The position numbers and the translations under genes are program-made. Shown one piece after another: positions 39,100-47,740 of a stretch of 64,000 nt of DNA. The first letter of the stretch is position 1. Every line of letters begins with the position of its first letter. The notes under the pieces were generated by a model. The model ran no database searches. It worked only from the letters and a program-made list of their open reading frames with translations, and was not told where the DNA came from. The stretch is from the IMG/VR virus record IMGVR_UViG_3300047322_001237, positions 186,001 to 250,000 of that record; one strand, given 5' to 3'.

Positions 39100-40094
39100 T
39101 GCGCGCCGCTCAAAGACTTAGTGAAAAGATTGGTGACATCGACATCCCAGAACCCGGTCAATCGCCGGCGGCCGGTGATCCGTTTCGTCCAAGGACGGCA
39201 CCAGGTGGAGCGCTCGCCTTTCAGCATGCAATGCGCGAGAAGCAGGCCGAGCTCGACGCGATGTCCGCACAGCTGGCCGAACTGCAAGCTCAGAAGCAGA
39301 CGAACTCGCCCAGCGGCGTCGAGATTCCCCTCGACCAACTGCATGAAGTCGCAGGTCGCAGACGCTACATGCCGCCGGAAAAGTACAATGAATTGCGGGA
39401 AAACCTGCGGAACAACAAGCTGATTCAGCTGCCCGTCATTCTGCCACGTGCAGAAGGTGGCTTCGAAATACAGTCGGGACATCACCGGATCGACGCTTAT
39501 CGGGAACTCGGGCGTTCGACCATTCGCTGTGTTCTGGGTGACGCGACGGGCGATGAAGCTGACGACGGCGCGTTCTGGGCCAATCTGATGCAGTCGGACC
39601 TGACTGACTATGAGAAGTACGTTGGACTGACGCGCGTACATTCGAAACATCCGGAATTGGGCCAAGTCGAGCTAGGCGAGCTCGTCGGCATTAGCACTTC
39701 CCACCTCAACGCCCTGCTCTCTTTCGGTCGTTTGCCTGAGCAGGCCCGCGCGATTCTCGATACCAATAAGGCGATCATGGGCGCGAACGCGGCCGCGGCT
39801 TTTGCGGCTATCGCGGAGGCCGGCAAGGCGGAGCGGGTTGTGGAAGCGGTACGACGTCTCTCCGAGCGGGAGCTAGATCAGGCGCAGGCGGTGAAGTTTG
39901 CAAAAGCCGTTGAGACGCCCAAGGCAACGAAGCCGGCTGCTGAGTCGTACAAGGTGAAGACCGGAAAGAGTACGTGGTGCGATGTGCGCAAGACGAAAAA
40001 CATCATGCGCATCGAGTTCCAGTCCGAAGAGGTGGCCAATGCCGTCCAAGAAGCCATCAAGCAAACCCTCGAGGCGCTCGCCGCAAAGTCCTAA
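39099..40094 (+). CDS. parB: ParB partition protein
   Basis: TAATG overlap with parA; ParB N-domain (...FEIQSGHHRIDAY...) and HTH (ELGELVGISTSHLNALL). Confidence 0.93.
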   Translation: MRAAQRLSEKIGDIDIPEPGQSPAAGDPFRPRTAPGGALAFQHAMREKQAELDAMSAQLAELQAQKQTNSPSGVEIPLDQLHEVAGRRRYMPPEKYNELRENLRNNKLIQLPVILPRAEGGFEIQSGHHRIDAYRELGRSTIRCVLGDATGDEADDGAFWANLMQSDLTDYEKYVGLTRVHSKHPELGQVELGELVGISTSHLNALLSFGRLPEQARAILDTNKAIMGANAAAAFAAIAEAGKAERVVEAVRRLSERELDQAQAVKFAKAVETPKATKPAAESYKVKTGKSTWCDVRKTKNIMRIEFQSEEVANAVQEAIKQTLEALAAKS

Positions 40095-40162
40095 ACGCTA
40101 AGTGCTTGATTCTTTTGATTTCCTTAGTACGGAAAAAGGAGACGGCAGTGAAATAGCTGCTA

Positions 40163-40307
40163 GAAACACGAAGGCCCCCAGCTGGAAACTGAGGGCCTTC
40201 GCATAAGTGGGCTTGGCTGGAAACCGTCGCTCACTACACTCCCAAGCTGGAAACTTGGAAGGGTACTTCGTCAACCCCGAGTGTAGCGAATAGCGATCGA
40301 CAGTCAA
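40163..40307 (-). ncRNA. Candidate counter-transcribed RNA of the rep leader, with its promoter
   Basis: Minus-strand TTGACT-16-TACACT (40307-40280); transcript would fold CCAAG and GAAGGCCC hairpins and end at GTGTTTCT. Confidence 0.55.
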
Positions 40308-40345
40308 GCAAATTCAATCCATTTTTGAGAAATGGACCGCTCGAC

Positions 40346-41434
40346 ATGTCTATCGCGCAACAGCTCGTTGCTGGCGAGGGTGAAACACACCCCGACGATT
40401 CAGCAGCCCTCACCGCTTTCCGGTGTGACTCGACAAACCTGCCTTGGGTCATCTTCCGGGCTGCGTTCCGTGCAGCACACATTGAGGAGATCCCTCCTCG
40501 CGCACGTGCGGTTCTTTCCGCCCTCGCCCGCACCGTCGACGCCGCCAAGCCGTTCGCCGCGATCTTCGCTCGTCGTGAACTGCTCACAGGACGCGCACTG
40601 CAATCCATGCGCACCTTCTACCGCAGCCTCGATGACTTGGAGTCCGCCGGTCTAATCGATCGCCGCGCTCAATCCCGCTACGTTGAAGCCGGTCTCTTCG
40701 GTCGTGCCTACATCCACCTCACCGCGCGAGCAGCCGAGCTTCTAGGGCTCGTTGAGTCGATGCAACCGCCCTCACCTGAGCCCGTCGAATCTTCGCTTCC
40801 GCATCCGTCTGCCAACTTGGCAGACGGTGGAATATATAAGGATCTAAGCCCTTCTGTTTTTCAAAAGAGACAACCGGGGCAAGTGCCTGAGGATCTCCAG
40901 CGTCTGCGGTCCCTGGGTTTTTTTGATTTCTTGATTTTCAAACTCATGCGGGAAGCGCGTGAGCATGGCAAACGTCTCTCGGATGTCGTGGAAGCAACAT
41001 GGGACCACCTGAAGCTCGCCAAAGCCCCAATCAACTACCTGCGGAGTCTGCTGCGGGGAACGGTTGATTTCGCTCACCAACTGCGCGCCAGGATTAACGT
41101 CAAAGCCGAGGAGCAGGCTCGGGTGAAGCGCACCTTGGAAGCCGATCAGGTAGCCCGTCAAAGCGCCGGCAAAACGTTCCTAGACGCCTCGGGGGCACGC
41201 AAGTACGTGATCGATGCCGACGGCGAGAACATGGTCGTCTACAACCGTGACGAAGGCATTGGTCGACAAGCCGCGGGTTGGAAAGAAGGTTTTGCTGCAG
41301 CGCTCGCTCGAGGTCAGATCCGTGCGGCGAGCAGCTACGTGCAGCCGGAGCAGGGCAGGGAACGTCCGCCAGTTACAGCACAGGTTCGGGAACACATCGC
41401 GGGACTGCGCAGCCTGCTGGGAGCTCGTCGCTAG
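40346..41434 (+). CDS. Replication initiator of Burkholderia chromid/megaplasmid type (winged-helix, often annotated replication protein O)
   Basis: NLPWVIFRAA...RARAVLSALARTVD...IFARRELL...RTFYRSLDDLE...GLFGRAYIHLT; third gene of the parA-parB-rep cassette; start may be TTG 40325. Confidence 0.8.
   Translation: MSIAQQLVAGEGETHPDDSAALTAFRCDSTNLPWVIFRAAFRAAHIEEIPPRARAVLSALARTVDAAKPFAAIFARRELLTGRALQSMRTFYRSLDDLESAGLIDRRAQSRYVEAGLFGRAYIHLTARAAELLGLVESMQPPSPEPVESSLPHPSANLADGGIYKDLSPSVFQKRQPGQVPEDLQRLRSLGFFDFLIFKLMREAREHGKRLSDVVEATWDHLKLAKAPINYLRSLLRGTVDFAHQLRARINVKAEEQARVKRTLEADQVARQSAGKTFLDASGARKYVIDADGENMVVYNRDEGIGRQAAGWKEGFAAALARGQIRAASSYVQPEQGRERPPVTAQVREHIAGLRSLLGARR
40805..40827. repeat. 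23-bp interrupted palindrome inside rep (candidate oriV)
   Basis: CCGTCTGCCAA-C-TTGGCAGACGG followed by AT-rich AATATATAAGG...TTTTTCAAAAG. Confidence 0.55.
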
Positions 41435-41467
41435 TCAGGACTGCTTAGTTTTTGAGCAAAAAAAAAA

Positions 41468-41487
41468 GACGGGTCCGAAGACCCGTC
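41468..41487 (-). terminator. Intrinsic terminator between rep and lipoprotein
   Basis: GACGGGTC-N4-GACCCGTC followed by a long T-tract on minus strand. Confidence 0.8.
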
Positions 41488-41492
41488 AAAAG

Positions 41493-42251
41493 TCAGTTGG
41501 CGAGCTGCCAGCCGTTATCCGTCAACAGCATGTAATACGTTGCCGTGTAACTGTAGCGCACGTCGTCGCTGTATTGACTCGGTTTAAGGTCAGTTGCCAG
41601 CATTGTACTAACCAGATTCGGACTGACATTCGGACATTCGGCGACAATATTTCGAGAAAACACGGATCGGATATTCTGTGCTTCTACCACTTTGTCGTGA
41701 TACGCCGTTGTCGTATCCCATGCCTTCAGCGCAGCGGCCTCAACGTCAGGATGCTGCTTGAGGTACATGTCCGAGTAGACATTGAGGGGATAGCTCACGG
41801 CGGCAGCGAGTCGGTCGTCACCTGGCTGCGACTCGCGAATCTGCGTGTTATAGGCGGCCTGCTGATCCTCAGAGAGGGACGCCCGAAGCGCATCGACCCC
41901 ATCTGACACGTCTTTTGCGTATTTCTGCAGCGACGCATCCGCCTCGTCCCGTGCCTCTTTATGCGATTTAAGATACTCATCCAAGTCGGTCAAGTATCGG
42001 ACGTTGGCACGTGCGGGTTTCATCACCACTTCGGCAGCCATCTGCATTTCGTAATGTCTGTCGTCGACCTTCACGCCATTGACCTTGTCGAACTTGGTTA
42101 TCTTGAAGAGATCACAGTCGGCTATATGGAGATTCTGCTCGACGCCCTTGCGTACATCCGACTCGGACGGGGACTGAGAACAAGCAGCCAAGGTGGCAAC
42201 CACTGAGGCGCACAGAGCCAGCCGGCCCACGCCGGTGCGCTGAATAAACAT
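41493..42251 (-). CDS. Lipoprotein
   Basis: MFIQRTG...LALCASVVATLAAC lipobox; downstream of promoter motif at 42344. Confidence 0.75.
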   Translation of the reverse strand: MFIQRTGVGRLALCASVVATLAACSQSPSESDVRKGVEQNLHIADCDLFKITKFDKVNGVKVDDRHYEMQMAAEVVMKPARANVRYLTDLDEYLKSHKEARDEADASLQKYAKDVSDGVDALRASLSEDQQAAYNTQIRESQPGDDRLAAAVSYPLNVYSDMYLKQHPDVEAAALKAWDTTTAYHDKVVEAQNIRSVFSRNIVAECPNVSPNLVSTMLATDLKPSQYSDDVRYSYTATYYMLLTDNGWQLAN

Positions 42252-42343
42252 GATTCTTTTCCTTTCTAATTGAAAACGTTTGCCCAGACGGGCAGGGGAG
42301 ACGGGAGTCGGAAGCCGCCGCATCTTAGACGAATATCGGCAGC

Positions 42344-42351
42344 GTGATATA
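42344..42351 (-). promoter_or_regulatory. Candidate phage early promoter TATATCAC
   Basis: YATATSAC-N5-YGA family, just after terminator 42381-42400. Confidence 0.6.
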
Positions 42352-42425
42352 ACTCTTTAGGAAAAAGACAAAAGAAAAACGGCCTGGGAAAACCCAGGCC
42401 GCTATGCCCTCAAGAGGGAAGGGGA

Positions 42426-42956
42426 TCAGTCGAAGCTATAACGCACGACTTCCTTGAGCGGGAGAATGCCGATCATCTTGCCGGACCCGCAACCCGCTAC
42501 CTCGCGAAAGAGGCGCACGTAGTTGGTGTCGATGTCCTCTTCCTCGCACCATGCGAAAAAGGAGATTGGATCGATCAGGCCAACGTTGCGCTCAGACGTC
42601 CGCCATTCGCTCAGATCGCGACGGACACGATGAGCGAGCGTACTGCCGATCGAGATCTTGCGACCGTCGAACGTGGTGAGTTCATCCATAGCGTCCAGAC
42701 TGCCTTCCACAGGAAGCACGCCATTGATCAAGCAGCAAGCCATGAGGCCCGACCAGACTTTTAGCTTTAAGTAGCGAGCGACCAACAGAATTTGATCGGC
42801 TGCAGATTGCACGTTATCAATACGCGCAACTGAAACGGACGGAACGAGTACGACACCTTTTGCGTCCGTCGTTTTTTCTGCAAGGTATTCGCGAAGTTCG
42901 ACGAACGCCCGTTGGTTTGCGGCGAGGCTGTCCTCGCCAAATGAAGAATGGCCCAT
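42426..42956 (-). CDS. Hypothetical protein
   Basis: 176 aa co-oriented with neighbours. Confidence 0.6.
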   Translation of the reverse strand: MGHSSFGEDSLAANQRAFVELREYLAEKTTDAKGVVLVPSVSVARIDNVQSAADQILLVARYLKLKVWSGLMACCLINGVLPVEGSLDAMDELTTFDGRKISIGSTLAHRVRRDLSEWRTSERNVGLIDPISFFAWCEEEDIDTNYVRLFREVAGCGSGKMIGILPLKEVVRYSFD

Positions 42957-42968
42957 GGTATCTGTACC

Positions 42969-43289
42969 TTATTTGATCTCATCGCCCATGCAGGCAACGA
43001 GCGATGGATGGATGAATGCGAGCTGTGTCGTGGTGAAAAGAATGTCGCGTTGGTCGTGTTTGCCGCTTTGCGTGGCCGTTGAGATCAAAGACTCCGAAAG
43101 GTCCTCCACGAGCACGAGATCCTTTTCAGACCAGACAAGCTTGTAGACTTCTGTTTGTTCCTTGATGTAATTGGTGAGTACCGACAGATACTCGGCCGCA
43201 GCTTTGATCTCAGCCGCGCAGGTCGGCGGATCCAGAAGCAGCATATTCAACACGGTGCGCTGTGTAGCGCTGAACCGCTTTTCACGCAT
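42969..43289 (-). CDS. Hypothetical protein
   Basis: 106 aa, GAGAG RBS, promoter motif at 43394. Confidence 0.6.
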   Translation of the reverse strand: MREKRFSATQRTVLNMLLLDPPTCAAEIKAAAEYLSVLTNYIKEQTEVYKLVWSEKDLVLVEDLSESLISTATQSGKHDQRDILFTTTQLAFIHPSLVACMGDEIK

Positions 43290-43393
43290 GATTTTACTCT
43301 CTCAGGTTGAGCCGTTCTCGGGATGCTACTAATGGTCGATGCCACCGACCCCTCAAGCAAGCGGGACTTCAATACTCCGCGTTGCTCAAGGGC

Positions 43394-43401
43394 GTGATAT
43401 A
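43394..43401 (-). promoter_or_regulatory. Candidate phage early promoter TATATCAC
   Basis: YATATSAC-N5-YGA family. Confidence 0.6.
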
Positions 43402-43487
43402 AGGCTGAAACTTTTTAGGATCGGCAAAAAAAAAAACTAAACGGCATAACTGCCAGAGGTTTCCCCCTGGCAGCGACAACCACGGCG

Positions 43488-43937
43488 CTACGCCGCTTTC
43501 TGCACCAGCTCCGGCGCGCGGTGGGTACCGCGGTTCGGCAGCTTTTCTTCGACCAGGAACGTCTGGATGTCCTGGCATGCTTGATACAGTTCCGACAACT
43601 CGTACTCGTATCCGGTCAGGAATTCGAGTCCGTCTTCGAGGCACTGGTGGTGCTTGAAGAGGTCGGTCGTTTGCTCATAGTCCGTCAAAAAGACACTGAA
43701 CACATTGCGATCCGTCTCGCAGATCCAGGCATTGCGGCAGCCGAAATGACGGCCTCCCGGATGCTTCTCGACGAACATCTTTAAACGCGTGACGCGCATG
43801 GTCCGCTCAGTGTGCTGAGTGATATGCGTGTTGCCACGGGGGGACCCCTGATGTTGGAACATCAGATACAGCATTTCAACGATAGCGGTCCCGACGGGGG
43901 TGATGCGATTAACGACAACGCGATTCATGCTTGACAT
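43488..43937 (-). CDS. Hypothetical protein
   Basis: GAGGA RBS at 43937; alternative start at 43799. Confidence 0.55.
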   Translation of the reverse strand: MSSMNRVVVNRITPVGTAIVEMLYLMFQHQGSPRGNTHITQHTERTMRVTRLKMFVEKHPGGRHFGCRNAWICETDRNVFSVFLTDYEQTTDLFKHHQCLEDGLEFLTGYEYELSELYQACQDIQTFLVEEKLPNRGTHRAPELVQKAA

Positions 43938-44101
43938 TCCTCGTTATAATTTTGTTGTTTAGCTGCTGTTCAAGTGAAACTCGTAAGAAAAGCTACTATC
44001 GATCGAGTGCGAGCGACCCGACCCCGTATGGCCTTTATTGTTTTTTTGGTTGTTGCCGGTTTTTGATTCGTTTGCTACCTATCCTTGATTAACCTCCTCG
44101 C

Positions 44102-45631
44102 TTACATTGCATTGGGGATAACGACTGACGAGTACGCCAGTGCGCGAGTTCTAAGCAATTCCTGATTCTTTTGCTGATACGCCATGTGCTTCTCGACGTC
44201 GGCGCAGTAAAAGGAAATGCATTCAGGCGTCTTTCCCGTCTTCAGCTTTCGAGTCCGGCCAAACATCTGCAGGATCTGCTGCTGACTGGAGATCGCCACG
44301 GACATGATGTTCGTGGTGAGGTTCGGGATGTCGACCGCGGTGCCTGCCGAGATCGGTGTCGTGACGCGGATGTCCGCTTCGATACAGTTCTCGAACGGGT
44401 CCTCTTCCACGTAACGACGCACGTCCAGGTTCGGATACTGCTTCTGCAGGAACTCCGTCACGAGCGTGCAGAATTCGATCGACGCGCAGAAAATGATCGC
44501 CTTCTCAGTCGGCTGATACGTCCTCAGGTACTTCGCCTTAAGCACCTGGTCAATCAGGTTGAGGTAGTTCTTCAGGACAGGCGGGTTCTTCATCAGGTAC
44601 TTCTCGAACACATGGTTCGAGTAGTTACCTTGCATGTCCTTGGTGCGGATGGCGTCAGGCCGCGCAATGCGGTAGAACAGGGCGGTCGCATTGGTGTAGC
44701 GGTCGTATGCCGGACCCTTATGGCGGTCAGGGGACGGATACGCGATCTCATACATCCGCTGGATGAACGCATCTTCCTTGTCGAGCGTTGCGGACAACGA
44801 CAGCGACTTATGGCAGTGCGTGTAGAGATCCACCAGGAAGTTCAGGTGAAAATCCTGGTGCACTTCGTCGATGAGGCGGAACCCCGATCGCAGCGTTTGC
44901 ATCAACTCCGATGGACGACATGCATAGCCCATCTCAAGCGTCTGGTCGCCGTACTCCTTGTAGAGTTTGAACCAGTTCTGGATCGTCTTGTTACTGATCA
45001 GGACGATCTTGCTCGTAAGCCGACCTTCGAGCGCCATCTCCAGAAGCGCCATCAGATGATCGCTTCCGCGGATGATCATCAGGTCTTCAATCGCGATGTC
45101 GAACACTTCGCGGATTTCGTCACGCCACTTCTCCAGATACATCGGCTTCACGATGATCACCGGAGCAAGGCGCGTCTTCGCCACAGCAAAGAGCGACGTT
45201 ACGCCTTTACCTTTACCCGTCTGAAACTCGATCAGCTTCGAGACCGAACCGTCCTCCTTGAGGACGTAGTCGACGCCTTCATCCTGATAGTCGTGCAGGT
45301 TCCAGCTGTCGAAGATCTTGAAGTCAACTTCTCGAACCGGCGGCAACTCGACCTGCTCGATGTCGACGAGCGAATCCTTCAGGTTGTGAAACGCGAGGTA
45401 TTCCTTGAATTTCTTCAGGACGTTGATGTGATAGCGATACTCACCAGTGTCAGCACAATGCGTCGCATAGACCGGAGGCTTCGGAGGCGGCTTTGTCGAA
45501 TAAGGACTCGGCTTGGCGCGAAGGGGCTGCACGAACTGCTTGGTGAATCCGAGCACCGCGGGCATGGCGCGCGGCGTCACCTTGCTGACGACGAAGTGAT
45601 GCGAATGAAGACGAATCAGAAGTTCAGCCAT
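44102..45631 (-). CDS. SF2 (DExH) helicase (phiKZ gp75-like)
   Basis: QTGKGK, DEVH, SAT, QMFGRTR motifs; start MAELLIRL. Confidence 0.9.
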   Translation of the reverse strand: MAELLIRLHSHHFVVSKVTPRAMPAVLGFTKQFVQPLRAKPSPYSTKPPPKPPVYATHCADTGEYRYHINVLKKFKEYLAFHNLKDSLVDIEQVELPPVREVDFKIFDSWNLHDYQDEGVDYVLKEDGSVSKLIEFQTGKGKGVTSLFAVAKTRLAPVIIVKPMYLEKWRDEIREVFDIAIEDLMIIRGSDHLMALLEMALEGRLTSKIVLISNKTIQNWFKLYKEYGDQTLEMGYACRPSELMQTLRSGFRLIDEVHQDFHLNFLVDLYTHCHKSLSLSATLDKEDAFIQRMYEIAYPSPDRHKGPAYDRYTNATALFYRIARPDAIRTKDMQGNYSNHVFEKYLMKNPPVLKNYLNLIDQVLKAKYLRTYQPTEKAIIFCASIEFCTLVTEFLQKQYPNLDVRRYVEEDPFENCIEADIRVTTPISAGTAVDIPNLTTNIMSVAISSQQQILQMFGRTRKLKTGKTPECISFYCADVEKHMAYQQKNQELLRTRALAYSSVVIPNAM

Positions 45632-45697
45632 AATGAACCTGCATAGAACGGAGGAAGGGGATTGCGCGGACGGTTGCAATCCCCCGCACTACGATGC

Positions 45698-47689
45698 TTA
45701 TGCGCCGTTACGTTCCAGATGCTCGAAGACCTCGCGCGGACAGAGCGCGACGTCAAACGGGTGATCCATCCGGTTGGTACTGATGAAGCTGATCGGGTCG
45801 GTGATGGCTTCGCGGTGATCCTCGAAAGCCATCGTCGCGGAAAGCGAACGCGACAACATCGAAAGCGACATCACACCGAGACCTTCATCGGTCCAAGGCT
45901 TCGGCAAGCTGTAGTCGCCGTCCTCCGCCGAAACAATCATCGCTTCGTAGAGAACGACATCAAGCACTGTGAGGTTCACGTCAAGCTTGCTGTTGACCAG
46001 GTCGTACAGTTCGATCAGGGCGTCATCCGGCCTGACGTTCTTGTCCCGGTCTTGCATCATCTTGACGCTCGACTCCAACATCTTCGCGATGTCACGCGAA
46101 TGGTCCGACATGTTGAAGTGCTTGAGGGGAAGCGCCAGAATCGGCAGCGACCAGTCCCAATCCCTCATATCGATGACGTAATTCCCGGTTTCCGTATCGA
46201 GATCCCAGCCGACGCGCCGAATGTGATGCAAGAGCGAATGCGTCATCGAAGCTTTCCGACCGCTCACCGCCGTCAGGATGTCGACGCCTTCCGCCTTCCC
46301 GTATTCGCCGACCAACAGCCCCACGTACTCGAGCTCCGAGAAGCGCGCGATGTTGAGATTGTCGGGATCGTCGATCTCGTTCACGTCGTTCAAATTCGGT
46401 GCAGACTCCGCCGCGATCACCAGCTTCACCGGCAAGTCCTTCAACCGATCCGCCATGAGATACGAGTTGTCGTCCGACCCCACCTTCAGGTACAGCTTGT
46501 CCGCATCCCGCAAGACGATGGCCTCGATCGATGCCGAGCTGTCCAAGTGCTTAACCGACAGCACGGACTGCGACGACTTCTCGGTCAGCAACATGCAACA
46601 CATGTGACCGATGTTCGTGAAATCCGGCACCGAGTTGGCGAGTTCGCCGAAGCACGTCGAGCACACGCCGACAGGATCGGGATGTGCGCATCGCATGACC
46701 GAGCGAACCCGAACCGTCTTACCGACCAGATGCTCGTCCCCCTTGCGGAGGATCTTGAGCTTGTTCTCCTTTTCGTCCAGATAGAACTTGCCGGCGAGAC
46801 GCCCCAGGTCCTTCTTGCGCATCGGCCACTTCACGTACTTGGTCGTACCGCAATCCCCCTTATGCAGGTTCTGCACGTTCATGGACATGAGCTGCAGACG
46901 ACGCGAGAAGTACTCGGCCTGCTGCAACGGCGCCTTCGAGAAGATCAGCGATTTCGCGGCCGAACGGGATTCGACCAGCGAGTCGCGGAAGTTCCGATAG
47001 CCTTCGGTATAGCTGCGCAGAATCGGCAGCTCGAAGACGTTCGAGTCGATCTCGGTGACGCGACCGCGAGCGGACACGCACTGGAGCAACTGATCGAACT
47101 TCACCGTACCCGCACGCGCGGCAAGCGCGAGCGGATTCTTCTTCAGATCGACGCCGCCCTTGATCACTGCGCCGACGGCCTGATAGCTGTCCTCGAGCAT
47201 CTTGTCCGTGACCTTCTCCAAGGGCACCGAGAACAACGGCTTCTTCGCCTCAATGATCTTCGGATGGTCGAGCATCTCGATGAAGTCAGTGATGTCGAGC
47301 GACACCACGTATTCTTCGAGTCGGTACGAGAGCTCGTTGTACATCTCGTTCGTGATCTCGTACGTGCGCTTGGCCAGTCGGTCGAGCGTGACTGCCGGAT
47401 CGCCGTGATAGGCGTCAAACGTATCCCACACCACGCTGGCGAGCAGATCCAGGTGCGTGTTGGAGCCGAGGCGCTTGTCACCCAGCACCGAGAGAACGTG
47501 ATGCTTCTTCAACACCGGCGTCTGGGGAAACTCGCGGTGGAACTGCCAAACGTATGAGCTGTAGATGGTCGAGCGGAAGTCGACCTCCATTTCCCCGTCG
47601 TCGAACACACAGATGAACGACCCCCAGAGCGAATTCCACAGATCCTCTGTGCTCATTCCGATGAGAGTGCGCGCGCTGATGCGTCTCAT
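45698..47689 (-). CDS. Non-virion RNAP beta' subunit, C-terminal part (phiKZ gp74-like)
   Basis: EYFSRRLQL...LHKGDCGT...RSVMRC...CSTCFG...SQSVLSVKH. Confidence 0.88.
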   Translation of the reverse strand: MRRISARTLIGMSTEDLWNSLWGSFICVFDDGEMEVDFRSTIYSSYVWQFHREFPQTPVLKKHHVLSVLGDKRLGSNTHLDLLASVVWDTFDAYHGDPAVTLDRLAKRTYEITNEMYNELSYRLEEYVVSLDITDFIEMLDHPKIIEAKKPLFSVPLEKVTDKMLEDSYQAVGAVIKGGVDLKKNPLALAARAGTVKFDQLLQCVSARGRVTEIDSNVFELPILRSYTEGYRNFRDSLVESRSAAKSLIFSKAPLQQAEYFSRRLQLMSMNVQNLHKGDCGTTKYVKWPMRKKDLGRLAGKFYLDEKENKLKILRKGDEHLVGKTVRVRSVMRCAHPDPVGVCSTCFGELANSVPDFTNIGHMCCMLLTEKSSQSVLSVKHLDSSASIEAIVLRDADKLYLKVGSDDNSYLMADRLKDLPVKLVIAAESAPNLNDVNEIDDPDNLNIARFSELEYVGLLVGEYGKAEGVDILTAVSGRKASMTHSLLHHIRRVGWDLDTETGNYVIDMRDWDWSLPILALPLKHFNMSDHSRDIAKMLESSVKMMQDRDKNVRPDDALIELYDLVNSKLDVNLTVLDVVLYEAMIVSAEDGDYSLPKPWTDEGLGVMSLSMLSRSLSATMAFEDHREAITDPISFISTNRMDHPFDVALCPREVFEHLERNGA

Positions 47690-47740
47690 TTGTTTTCCTT
47701 GTTAAGCGGCCCGGCCGATGAGCTGGCCGGGCGGTCGTCT

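Larger units (their letters stand above)
33100..41450. mobile_element. Host/plasmid-derived maintenance island (H-NS, ligase, imuA, parA-parB-rep)
   Basis: Plasmid/chromid-type genes, sigma70 and LexA signals, more A/T at third codon positions than phage core. Confidence 0.8.

Noticed and set aside
33100-41450. Island as an integrated element with att sites or a transposon
   Set aside because: No integrase or transposase, and no flanking direct repeat found by eye; a repeat search on the full contig is still advisable
43426-43436. Poly-A runs (also 41458-41467, 62421-62430) as phase-variation tracts
   Set aside because: Intergenic and adjacent to hairpins; explained as terminator U-tracts on the minus strand
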